Part shown: positions 1 through 12,800 of the stretch, piece after piece
How the letters are laid out: each line of letters starts with the position of its first letter
How positions within the stretch are numbered: position 1 is the stretch's first letter
NCBI GenBank assembly: GCA_964199315.1
Contig: OZ116699.1
Location: 33,046,001-33,110,000, forward strand
Length of the DNA: 64,000 bases
Direction: 5' to 3'
Origin: Orbicella franksi
Lineage: Eukaryota
The notes under the pieces: model-generated
Seen by the model: the letters and a program-made list of their open reading frames with translations, nothing else
Told to the model about the DNA's origin: nothing
Database searches by the model: none
Made by a program: the position numbers and the translations under genes

Positions 1-265
1 TCGGCGTTGGAAATTGGCTTTTATACATGAATTGATTTTCCCTATTTTTTTTTTTTTTTTTTTTTTTGCAGTTTACCCAGATCGATGTACATTATGCCTC
101 GCAGCTTTAGAAAATAGTCAAAAAGTACAACAGAAACTCAGCTTTTGGGATGACGTTTACGGTGAGAACTTGTGTAGAGCTAAGACTGTTTGATTAATGT
201 TTGAAACTTTAGAAATTAAATACGACAGAGAAGTTCATATCTAAACTCATATTCTCTCTTGCTAG

Positions 266-3200
266 GCTTTAAAATGAGCTGCATGAAAAAATCTGTTTGT
301 ACAGAACCGTCTGTGGAGATTGTCGACCCGAAAGACGAGATTTCTTCACGATGTACCGTCAAGGTAATGCAAAAAGGCTCTCGTTTAAAATAAACAAACT
401 GAAGTTATGACAGAAAATGAATATAAAAACCATTAGTTTCAAAGAAAATGTCTTGCTTCCTTGGTAGTAGTTCAAAGAGAAAACATTTATCAGTTAATTA
501 TTGGTATTGCGTTGATAAGGGCAAAATAACCGCCGGCGAAAATTTTGAAAGCCGACACTTTCTGAAAGCCGACACACAATTTTTCCACTAGAGCGCTTTG
601 GATATGAGATGGTAGATAGCCAACGAGATGCGTAGCGCCGATTTGGCTACAATCATCTCATATCCAACTAGCGCGAGTGGAATAATTGATTTATTAAAAG
701 CGCCCCCAAAATATAGTAGAAAACTAAACTAAAATAAAAATAAAAACGGCCTAAAAAATCACGCTTACGCACACCAAATTTGTGGAGCATGGTATAATGG
801 CTCATATACCATGATGGTTTAGCCAATGAAACCTCTTGGATCGCGTTATCCAATGATCCACTGTTTAATAGTACCGTGTGGCTCTAAAATTTTGCGGGTT
901 ATAATTTTTGCGATTTTTGCGGTTTTTTCCACGATTCGCAAAAAAAAAGGTGTCCGCAAAAAATTTCTCCACTGGAGTATTATACATACAAACATCACAA
1001 GTAGAATCTTGTTGCTGCCATCAGCCACACAAAAGCACGATGTCACTGTGATAGAGTGACACTGGTTACTGCGTTACCGTCTTTTACATCCCTACATGTC
1101 GTTTCACCTGTCAATTGCATGCAGTTTAATTAAAAAACGCGAAAATGTTATAATTTCATTTAAACGCAACTCTCCGAAAATCGCAAAAATTAATACCCAG
1201 CAAGAAAAACCAGTCTTTTGCAATCGTAAAAATTAGTTCTCGCAAGATACAAAAACAATCGTCGATTCGCAAAAATAAACTCCCCGCAAAAATTTAGTGC
1301 CACACGGTAGTTGTTATCTGGGTCTTCGTGGGTGCATTGCTTTTGTCAATATTTTGATTTGAAATCTTTATTTTACCTATTGAGTTGATTTAATTATTGT
1401 TGGCCTTAAGCGCCGCGTTATATTAAACAAGAAGTTTATTCAAGACATAGGACAACATGGTATAGCCTTTCACTTTGGTTTTACAGGATTTGGATGTTAA
1501 TAACTGCGAGCAAGCTCATCTGCAGTTCAAATCACCTTTCAGTGTTGAAATAACGAAAGAGAGTCTGTGCTCAGTAAGTAAGCTCAGGTTTTGCTTTTTA
1601 CATTTTAAAACAGCCCCTTGAAAAGATCTACTGCATTTATTGTGTTCTTCTACAAGTAAATCACCATAACGTTGTTAGAAGATGAAACATGTTCAATCGA
1701 CAGTGTACTTTATTCTTTGTTGATTAATTGAACGCTCAGCCTTAGTTGTTACCAATAGATAGCAGTTGTTTATTAACTTGATTTAGTGTTTTAATATATT
1801 AACGAAGATAAAGACAGTCGTTCAGGAGCTTCGCCGTTAAGTACTTGGTCTTATTCGGAACCTGTTGTCAATGTTGGCGGCCATTTTCCACCCGAATTGA
1901 ACAATCGCAGAAGCGCGCTCGAGATCAAATGTATTGACCAGCATTGTGGACTGCTTGGTAATTAACACGGAATATTTGCTCTATTCGGTCTGTTTCTCTC
2001 TCTGGCAGAGAGGCCTGTGATTAAACTATTTACCTGCTCGCCTATGTCAATTTGCAATGGTCAAATTATGCCACTATCCCGGAAGGATTTTCACTTTTCA
2101 CATTTCTCCACTGACAGCAATCTTTAACCGTTCCTTTCTTGTTTACTTTTAAGGCTTTTGTAGCATACTTTGATATCTTCTTCGAAAAGCACTGTGATGA
2201 AAAGGTACGACATTAGTTGGTCAATGTAATGGCTCTTTTACTGTATACTGGTGTAACGTCAGCTTCTTGTCTTGATTGTTATTTTAATATTCACCTCCCA
2301 AATCAAAGTAAGATGGCGCTTTCTCGATTAATTCAGGTCAGTTTTAGCACAAGTCCTTCCAACTCACCAACACATTGGAAACAAACTGTATTGTACCTCG
2401 AGCAGCCAATAAGCGTAACAGAAGGTAAGAAAAAGGACGTTTATTTTATTGCTTATCTCTACAATTAGATTGTGTTTACAAAGGCGAACTATGCGAGTAT
2501 GATAGTCCCATACTTGCTACTTAGTTGAGTATCAATTGTTATATAAAATCTCGATCCACAATTTCCCTTGGTGTATGATTAAAATTTGGCTCATGTCATT
2601 AGTAATACTGTATTGTTAAATTGTTCTCTTTAATTTTTTAATTCAGTTTAATTAACTGAGCTTCTTTATTCCTAATCCGATTAAATATATGTTAAAAAGG
2701 TCTATGTTATCTAAATATGTCATCTCAGTAATTGCTAAGCAGCAAGCTTACTAAGGGTGCGTGGTAATGTTTGTTTTTCTTGGCCGCTTTTTGGTTTATT
2801 ATCTTAAATTTCCTTCCACTGGGCCGAAGAAACTAAAAGTCAATTCCTCTGATCATAAAATGTACATTGCATGGTTGTCAGTTGGGACCTCCATTATGTT
2901 GATTATTCTACGCCAGCATTTCCTGACCGTAGAATCGCAATTGCCTCTTTTTGTGAAGTGGGTGTGGCATTTCAAAAATATATTATATAAGAAGCTTTTT
3001 AACATATATTTTCATTGGAGGGGTAATCCTGTATAGACAAGAAATGATATTTGATTGTTATTAATTATACATTATTTGTAATATAAGAATGTCTGTTGGC
3101 AAGGGGTTGGATCTAACTAAACACGTTTTATGGTCTGTAACCAGTCTGTAAGTGTCTGCTCGAAAAGAAAAAGAGAAAAACATGGAAAGAGCAACAGTGA

Positions 3201-3585
3201 TACTTTGAATTTGTAAAAATAACAGGAACTTTTCAAAGAGGGAATGTCAATAGCAGTGGCGAGGATGAAAACCCCCTCACTTTTCCAATTTGGCTTGGAT
3301 TCTGTTGAAATGTTAACTCGTGAAAATTGCCTTCTTCATTTCAGTGTAAAGAGACCGTTTCCTGTAAATGAAAAGTGTATAGGTCTTCCTGGTAAACTAA
3401 CTAGATACAAAGAACATACATGAAAATGTAATCTTTGCTGTTTATCTTACACAGGCCAGGTACTAGAGGGATTCCTATCTTGCACGAAGAGTGTTAAAGA
3501 TCCGCGGTCACTGGACATCATCATAGAAGTCTTTGACGCAAAAACTCAGATGCAGCTCTGCCGTCAGTCTTACCTTCTACAATAA
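266..3585 (+). CDS. PRMT3: Protein arginine N-methyltransferase 3, last five coding exons (5' part outside window)
   Basis: GT-AG exons 266-363, 1487-1573, 2154-2204, 2337-2424, 3455-3585 splice in frame: GFKMSCMKKSVCTEPSVEIVDPKDEISSRCTVK/DLDVNNCEQAHLQFKSPFSVEITKESLCS/AFVAYFDIFFEKHCDEK/VSFSTSPSNSPTHWKQTVLYLEQPISVTEG/QVLEGFLSCTKSVKDPRSLDIII...SYLLQ*. THW loop present; GFKMSCMKK and KDPRSL match PRMT3 as recalled. AATAAA at 3584-3589. Confidence 0.92.
872..1309. mobile_element. MITE / non-autonomous DNA transposon in a PRMT3 intron
   Basis: Imperfect TIRs TACCGTGTGGCTCTAAAATTTTGCGGG and CCCGCAAAAATTTAGTGCCACACGGTA; internal CGCAAAAA repeats. Confidence 0.7.
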
Positions 3586-3832
3586 TAAAATTTGAATCGA
3601 CTATCCGTTTTCATATGTGTCTTTTGATCTGCTCATTTTCAACAGCAGATCAGGGTCCGATCAAGTCCGCATCTAGCGGACAACATTTAGAGATTTGCCT
3701 TGGTCTTGCTGTAGAAATTTGGTTCATGTACAGGCTGTTTATCACTTCAGTCTGTATCAAAACAAGGAAACAGTGAACATAATTGTACAGACATTCTTTA
3801 CATAATTATATAAATTACAGTGATGTGATGTT

Positions 3833-6800
3833 CTAGGTGATTTTATCTTTTAGTGGTCGGCTATGTCTCCACAATAGCTCATTTCTTGAACCACTGTCAT
3901 CAAATTTGTAATCGTCATTCCCTTCATCATCTCCACTGCTTTCTTTAAATTTTCTCGTTGTCTTTTTCTTGTGGTTCACATTCTTTTTCTTCACAGAAGA
4001 TTTCTTTTTTGGTTTTGATTCTGGTTCCATCACTTCTTTCCAGTTTGCTTTTACGTTAATCTGGCCATTCCATTTGGCCTCTACATGTAGAACCTTGTTT
4101 GGAATTCGTGGATGCTTTAGAACTATCATCTTAGTACCCTGTTCTGGATGTATAATCTTTTTCTTTGTAGACTTTTGCTCTTTTTCAGAAAGGGTCTTAT
4201 TTGCAATTTGAAAGGCTACATTCTTTGTGCTTTTCATTTTGTTTTCCACGGGCGTATTGTTTGAAGGTATATTGTTTGTTCCAAAGACTTCGTCCACATC
4301 TTCTGTAACTAGTGCAGGATTTATCTTAAACGGAATACCTTCGAAAGCTGTTTGATTTTCTTGACTCGTAACTTTCCGTTCTGTTTTAGTTTTGATGCTA
4401 GCGTTCGCTTGAGTCTTTGTTTCTTCCTGTGAGAGGGAGACAATGTCGCCATCAGTGCTTTCCGTTTCATTTAAATCTAAATGTGGTTTAATCCATGATG
4501 ACTCGCTTTTCTTCTTGGAGAGTTTCTTTTTCTTGTCATGGCTTTCTTTTACTATAAAATGCACGAACGTTCGCTTGTTGGACTGCTTGTCTGACATTAA
4601 TTCCTTGTGTGATGGCTGTAGTTGCTTGCTCCCATTTTGTTGATTATCTGAGGAAACTGGATTACTCTTCAATCTGTGTTTTTTCCGTTTGTCAGCTATT
4701 GGAATAAACGATGGCAGGCTGGGAATTTTGGTGCCGTCTGCAGTTTGCACCTTAACAACCGCCTTTGTTGCATATCTCGTGGATTCTTGAGTATCAGTGC
4801 TAAAAATATTGTTTTGTGGAGTTGATTGAATCAATACTTTTCCATTGACTGGTCCCGAAGATAAGACCTTAGGGTCCATTGTCATAGAAACGCTTTGTTC
4901 TGAAGTATTGTTTTCGGGCCCTTTCGTCGCAGCGCCGTTTCTACTCGAAGTGATAGGTCTGGCGTCATCTTCTAGAACAACGTCTTCATGTTTGTTCCTT
5001 ACTTTTGGAGCAGTGCTATTTCCTTTTTTACTCCAGTTCTTGTAGTTAGAGCTCTTGACACGTACTCTTTTGAACCCTGGATCATGCTTTTTCTCGCTTG
5101 CCAGTTTAGAACTTTCCAAATGTACCTGTAGACTTTTCTCTGCACCCAAGGGTTTCATGTCGCTTAGTTTGGTTCTGTTGTTGTCGTGAGCAATGATTTT
5201 GTCGGCAATTTTTTTGACAATTTCTGGAGTCATGTCGTCGAGTACCTTTCTCAATTCTTGATAACTTAGAGCTGGTTTCATCTTTTGGTCCTTGCTGTTG
5301 TCTCGTGACTTGTATGGTTGACGCCACCTTGACAGTGTTTGAAGTATCTTTGTTAGCTTTCCGTAATCTTGTATTGGCAATGGTCTTCCTTTACTTTGGT
5401 CATCTTTGTTTTTCAACTGTGTTGTCTTCGGTTTGTTCTTTGCAGGTTTGTCTTTGCTTTTGGACACTTTGGGTTTGGCTTTTTGTAAGAGGACCTTGTG
5501 AAACGGCTGTAACGGTTTTTTCAGACTTACAGGTCTTTGTTTTCGTCCTGATTTTTCAATCCATTGAGAGTTTGTTGGGGTGTTTTTGGTGAAGGTTATC
5601 TGTTGGGTCCTCGCATCAGCTGAAGAAAAGATAAACAAAGGTCAGGGACATCTCAATGCTATTCAGGACTCGACTTTGGGCTGCACTAATACAAGATATT
5701 AAGTCACAGTGTTTTCACGGTAGCCGGCGACTGTGTGACCCCGTAAAATCCATGATGGCGGCACGCGGAAAGAACTGCCGATGCTTCTTTCACATTCTTT
5801 GTAATATTTTGCCATCACTTTGAATTTTTAAATGATGGAAAGTTAAACATTGAAAACCCAATAAGCTTTGTCTCGAGCCTTTCCGTTTCCAAGAAATTTT
5901 ACATATAGAATAATCATCTTCAAAAAGTAAAAAAAAAAAAAAGCATTTGTTCTAGTGCAGCAAGGAACCTCCATTAAAAATCAGGTTTTTCTTCGAGAAT
6001 GCTGCCAGGCGAGTAGCTCAGATAACATAAACTGAGGAACGAGATGGGCTAGGGTATACTTGGTGCAATATCCTTGAGAAGTCAAGCTCACCTGCTGAAA
6101 GATTACTGTTTAGTACTTACTTGGTGGTGCCACGTATGGAATTGCTTGGCCAATACCTGAAAAATAAAGCAGTCAAGAGATAAACTTATATTATGGACGG
6201 ATAAAAAAGCAAGGTGGATTGCAAGTAGACTCGTGGTGAACCGCCAAAAGGATGCGATATTCAGCCATAAGTTACAACTCTTTGTGGTCACAGCTGAATA
6301 TTACATGTAGACCCTCCATTAAGAGGGCATTGTAACTTTTCCTCCTAAGAGGAGACTCGTGACACCTACGGTGCCTCCCTACAACAGGTTCGAGTATAAC
6401 TGTAACCAAGTCTACAATGCTGGACTCTTGGAAACAATGTTCGCTTGTCAACATAAGAAAAGGAGGTAATATATCAAACACCCAAGACCGTGTCTGATCA
6501 CATTTCCAAACACCGAGAACAGTTTGGAAATGTGGTCAAACACTGCCTTGAGTGTTTGATATATCTTCTCAATCGAAACTAAAACTAAGGAGAAAACGAA
6601 GAAATAAAATCGTAAAAATCTATGCTAATTAAGATCAGATATCCAAAGACAGTCACGGTCATGATTTTCTTTGTTTAAACTTGATGAATTATGAATGAGT
6701 TTGAGAAAAATTCTGTGAGACTGCCAGCTGACCTGTGTAGTACAAAGAGTTCATCATCACTCCTCCACATATTTCCTGGTAGTTTCCAGTACAGCGCATT

Positions 6801-9800
6801 GTACATTGGTCATTCAGGAGCCTGCCGTACTTGCTGTACGTCGTACCGCAAAAGCATTGTGTGGAGGACTGGAGACCAGCTATGGAGAAGCCCGATTCAC
6901 CACACTTTGAGACGCAGCCCTCTACGGTCAGCGGCCTCACTTGAACTGCCGTAGGAAGGTCACGTGATTCTGAATCTTGATAGCAACCCAAGAATCTGGG
7001 TGCACCTAAAGCCGAGACAAAAAAGGCCCGGGTTAGGTAGCCGTAGTTACATTCCTGTTTGCGCACGAAAACTCCTCGTCTTTAATTAGCTTACCCTCGC
7101 GCGACATGACATGAGCGTCTACGCGAGTAACCTGAGATAATAAGTTAAACTGGCTGAAATTCAATGTTGTCTTACTTGAATAAAAATGACTACAATGGAA
7201 GTAAAGTAAAGGAAGTATACCTAGTACGACGTTTGTTTAAGTAATTTACAAGTACGCATGTCATATCAGTAGTCCATTGTTTCTGACTACTTTTTTACAC
7301 AATTTCCGATGGGTTTCGTTTCATTGACTTATCAAACACTAAAACTTTAGCACATACTTGAGGAGGAAGAGTTACCACGAGAGCATGCGTGCATGCCTTG
7401 TCACTACCAACCTCAAGTTACTTAAAAAGATTTCAGGGATATTTCGAAAGATATAAAGCAAAACATAATGAAGTAATGTCAGGGGCAGGACCGACCTCGC
7501 ATTGTAAGCAAATCATCCGAGTACTCGTTTCAATTTTTTTGGGATCTAATTAAATTCTGAACGTCACCTCACCTGGTAAGTAACCCTTAATCGAGAAAGC
7601 TAAATTGTTTGCAAATTTCTGTTCCTGTTCATAGTCGTACCTAATTTGGATGTTCCATGGATTTCTTTGAATAATGTCCAACTGACTTTTTTCAACAAAC
7701 CTTAACAGGGAGAAAGCATGCATTTCTTACAACGTGCAGTTATATTGTTAGTATTTCCTTGACCACTCCTTAACAACAACAAACCTTAACAGGGAGGAGA
7801 AAGCATGCAGTTCTTATAACGTGCAATTATATTGCATGTGTGGTCTTAACCACGCCTTGACAACAACAAACCTTAACGGGGAGAAAGCATGCATTTCTTA
7901 AAACATGCAATTATATTGTTAGTATTTTCTAAACCACTCCTTGACAACAACAAGCCTTAACAGGGAGGAGAAAGCATGCAGTTCTTACAAAGTGCAATTA
8001 TATTGTTTGTATGGTCTTAAACACTCACCAGCTAAGCACTAATTTTTATGCTCTAAGTCCTTTTTATGCTCTAAACCCACAACTCCAATTTATGAAAGTT
8101 CATTTTCATTGATGTTTTGTATGATTAATTGAAGGAAATCAGAGAACTATAACATATCCTTCCGTGTTGTTCATAGGTCTTACCCATTAACTTAGCTTTT
8201 TCCTGGGGTGAAGGTCTTGGAGCAGGTCTCCTTTGATAAACACCTTGATAACCTGAGAGGAAAATTCACGGAATTGTCAATGGAAGCGAGCAGTTTTGAC
8301 TTCAGTCAGCGGATCACCGAGTTCATATCTATTCTCTAGCTTTTTGTAAAGACTTCAAGATTGAAGTAATTCATAAAGGTTTTGATTACTTTAAACATGG
8401 TCTAATTGTTAATTAGAGGCGAGAACCCCGAATATTGTCATAAATAATTCTCGAAGACGGAATTCTGACCGAGAAATTAGAGTGAGTACATGTTCCTCTC
8501 GCTGGCGTGTTTAATTTGGCAGGCAGATATAATTTCCCCCGAAATCTGTAAGTGAGCTAATTCGACGCGTTAATTTGGAGGAATATGATGCTCTGAGACA
8601 ACTTTGTTAGGTCCACCGCTTTTGAAAGGTGTACCTTGTCCCAGCACTTGTGTTTGAGGGTGACGAGTCAGTTAAGATAGTGTATGAGTAATAAAGTCTA
8701 CACAATCTGCCTTGCAACGGTATTTAGATTTTCATAAACTTGCTTCTTTGGAGTGATACTTCTTATCGGTAGTAACGTTTCTCCGCTTACCATTATATGG
8801 TCTGTTTGCAGCGCTGTTTTGAAAGTTGTAATTTCTGTACTTGTAGCTGTTGTAGTTGTAATTGTACGGCCAGCGATTGACTTGACTCTGATAAGCACCA
8901 TATGCACTTGGCTGGGTGTTTGTAGCTAAGGTGAAACACAAAACAAACAAGAGAACAATACTGGATCATTTTGTACGAAAACGTAACTCAATCCTCCGTA
9001 TGGAAAAAAAAATGGCGGCTGTACATTTTACCTTGACACCATGCGAGCCTTACCCAACCCATAATGTATGAACGAATTTTGTGCACGCTAGGTTTGAAAG
9101 TAACAGAACTTTTCTGTACGTTTTTTTGAGAGTTGTCGTGGTCTAAGAAAAATCAGTCGCCATCTTTTTTCCTTCGGAGGTTTTCCGATTACGTGAAATT
9201 CCAGGCGAGCTACACTGTAAGCATACGGATCGAGGAGAACTTTACATTCTTAAAAAGCTGTTTTGTAAGACCTCTTAAAGGAAGATTTTTTAAACCATAA
9301 TTTTTATCCTATTTGCTTTAATGTGTGTAAGAGTCGTATGTTAAGTTCACGGTAAAAATCTATGAACTAACCTATTTGGAAATTATATCTTGAGGAAGGC
9401 TGTTGAAGCCGATTGTAGTTTGTCCTGTCTGAAAAAATGGAGGAGCGTCGTTAATCTTTAGCCACCGCGATGTCAAGTATAAATAATATCGAGGACAGAG
9501 GAGATATACATATACTTACATGGTTTTGCACCATAATAACGTTGATAACCCTGATATCTATTTTGAGGGTAGATCAGTTTAGCTGGAGAAAACAAAATAC
9601 GATGAGAGTTTAATGCTGCCTCTATGATTGGCTAAAAATTCAGTCCTTAAATCAAGTGAACTGAACGCTGCTAAAATTATGTTTCGTCATTACAATTTTG
9701 AGACCTTGACAAAAGCAACATGGAACCCGCTATGAGGAAATAAGCAGTTATATATGCGCTATTTTTAATTCTTTAACGTTGCTCATGTGAAGACTATTTC

Positions 9801-12800
9801 GATTCTCGATTGCCCCTTATGAAAACAAATATTCGGACTAGTTCCTCAACCAAAAAAGTCACATCATCATTTTTTCCCAGTAACTCTTTTAAATCGTAAC
9901 ATCTGAGAAATTGCAAGAGGTATGTATAGCATCTAATTGACAAACTTGTATAATTATAGGAAACCAAACGGTGGAGTAGTTTACCTTGGTAGGTCGAGGG
10001 ATAACTTCTCAATCCACCTGTCCGTTGTAGTTGGAATGGTACAATGTTAGTGTTCCCTATGGGTAGAAAACAAATTAGTATAAATTAATTCTTAAAATCT
10101 TTTTCAATCTTCCAGCTAACTTAGATTGGTCCTTCGTCCAATGTAAAGTACGCTTCAGTCCCGACAGGACATCAATACCTTAATTTGTCAGTTTGTGCAG
10201 TGCTAAGCAGAAAGGAATATTACTGCTCCTTTTTGTCGAGCTATTTCTTATAAATTCGAAACATCTCAGACGGGTATCCTTACCTCTCCATGGCCATGGA
10301 CTAGTGTAAGTCTGGTACCAGGGGGAACCACGTGTTGATCCAGGCATATGTCGTGGAGGGTATTTTGAACGAGCTATGGGTGGGAGAAAAGCAGCGTAAA
10401 CTTAATACAATCTCAAACCTTTTGAGACTATGTGCGAAATCGATGTTTTCAACTAAGGTCTGGCTCATACTAACGACATAACCGCTTAATTGCGTCATGT
10501 TCATGCTTTTACGTCTCTTTTATGTTGCATTATATCAGGATGTCCACCCCATTTTATCAGGATGTCCACCCCATTGTATCAGAATGTCCACCCCGCGAAC
10601 ACAACAGTATAACGTTCCCCGCGAACACAACGACATAGTGTCCTTATGCTTATGTCCTTATGTCATGACCAATTTAGCATGTTGCATTAATTTCGGGAAC
10701 TCAGTAAAACTCCTGCAAGAGCAACCTCTAACAAAATACAATTTACTTGGTCAAGACGTCCTGGAAAAACGCTGTTTATAGCAACAAGCTAAGACAAATA
10801 CCGTGCACGAGTAGCTCCCATGGGATCGGATCATTTGAAGGAATAAAATGCTTCTGTATTCCTGGATGAAAAAAAAAAAAAAAGAAAGAGATAGAGTTAA
10901 TATACAAGTGATTTTAGAATAACTAGCTTAAATGCAAATTATCTAGTATGACGTACTTATTAAGATCAGACTGAGTTGTACTTCAAAGAGCAGATTAATG
11001 CTAGGACTAACAATCACATGGTAAGAAATGTATATGGCTTCTGTTTAATTTCGCGAAAAATATGTGTCAGTGTTTGAAAATGTTTGAAAAAGCTATTTAA
11101 ATTAATGCACAGAGAAATGCCTTGGCTGCTTGACTTCTGTTATAAAAGCGCTCGTAATTGTTTCGTACCAGGGAGTGTTCCAGTCGTAGAGTCCACAATG
11201 CCTGAAAGATAGAAGTGATGGAAACAATCGTTACAGTGCTGTTAAAGGAACCACTCAGTGTAATATGAAGATTTGCCTAGAATTGTTTCTAATGCTCTAT
11301 ATGAAAGGAGTAACGTAACGGTTTACGTATCTTGAAAAGTTTAGCCTGGTAACCTTCTCCATCCTTCAGCATCCTTGTTCCTTCATAGTTTATTGCAATC
11401 TCTTTGGCTTTTTTATATCTTACTTAACCATTATTTTCAGGTTTCCTTCAATTTAAAGGTAGTTTTGTACGTATTGTCAAGTTAAAATGGCGTTGAGCTC
11501 CTTGACGATGGAGGATGGAAATGTTTCTCAGTACGGTTAAGATGGAGTCGAAACTTGGGTGACTGACAGAGGAAGAAGCTGTTTACAAAACGTTTCAGTC
11601 CTACCCGTCCAATATTGCGAAAAGGTCATAAATCCACCGCAAACTTCAAAAGAGTTATCGTAGCAGGGCATGTCGCATTCTTTATCTGCCACCTGATTGG
11701 ACTTCCTGTACGCATTTCCACAGAAACACAGATCTGAGTTGCGCAAGGCTCCAACGCTAAAGCCCTGGGACTTGCACGTGTCCACGCATGCGCCGATAGT
11801 AGCTGGGTGAGTGGGAATATACACCTGAAGATCTCTGGGTAGGTTGTCACGGAAACAGCCCAAGTATGCAGGCTCATCTATAGCGCAATAGAAAGCGAAG
11901 GTAATTTCGTTCCGCATTCATATGAATTATCCATAATATCATGGGTGACAAATTACTACTTGATTCTGGCGAGAAATTTCAGCGTTAATTTATAATTTCA
12001 CATGTGAAATTACAGAATTGCAAGGGGAACGTTTGGCGCGATATTTCTCAATACAATAAACAAGTCAAAAACTCGCGTTTGTAAGCGTAATTGGTCACTT
12101 ATGATATTAAAAGGTAATTAATCAAATGGTACACTCGTAAAATTATGAAAAAATTTCACTCGTCATCATTTGATTATCCATACTAATTTATATCGAATAT
12201 TTGAAATTTATAGAGACCTGCACGAATTATAGCATGGGGACTACAAGAACTGTCTGCTCTAGCAGAAAGAATAAAACATAAAAAAGGCGAAGTTGGCCAT
12301 TTAATGGTTTGGAACGAAGCCGGCCTTTTCAAACATCTAAGTAAACTCACTTCAAATTGGTTTTCTCGGTGTTTGCAGCAAAATGTATTGCCTAGGAGGT
12401 AAATAGTGTGGAGTATATATGCCGTGATATATATCGACATTATGCAGTTTGCCTTGCAACCTCGTTCGCAGGTTCTCTCATCTTCCCGCTTTACCGCGGC
12501 CGGAGCGAAGAGAACAAAAGGCGAGAAGATCAGAGAACTAGGTTGTTTACCTTGTCACTTACCACAGATTTGTGATTTATTGAATGCTCGTATTTGGTCC
12601 AAAGTATGAAGTATCATATCACCATTCTCATACAGAATCACAAATCGACCATTCTTGATGTCCCGTATGTACCCAATCTCGAACGCGCGGGACTTGGGTC
12701 GATTGACGAGAATTTGACTTCCCCATGGCAGGTCGGTATTATCAGGGATGCGATCCGCTACTACATCCACGTTATCACGAGGGTTATAAGCCCGTCGAGC

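Noticed and set aside
3969-5592. Plus-strand hydrophobic ORFs opposite the Lys-rich exon
   Set aside because: Antisense shadows of an A-rich coding exon.
7693-8026. Tandem units as a CRISPR-like array
   Set aside because: No unique spacers; whole units are duplicated, the context is a eukaryotic intron, and there are no cas genes.
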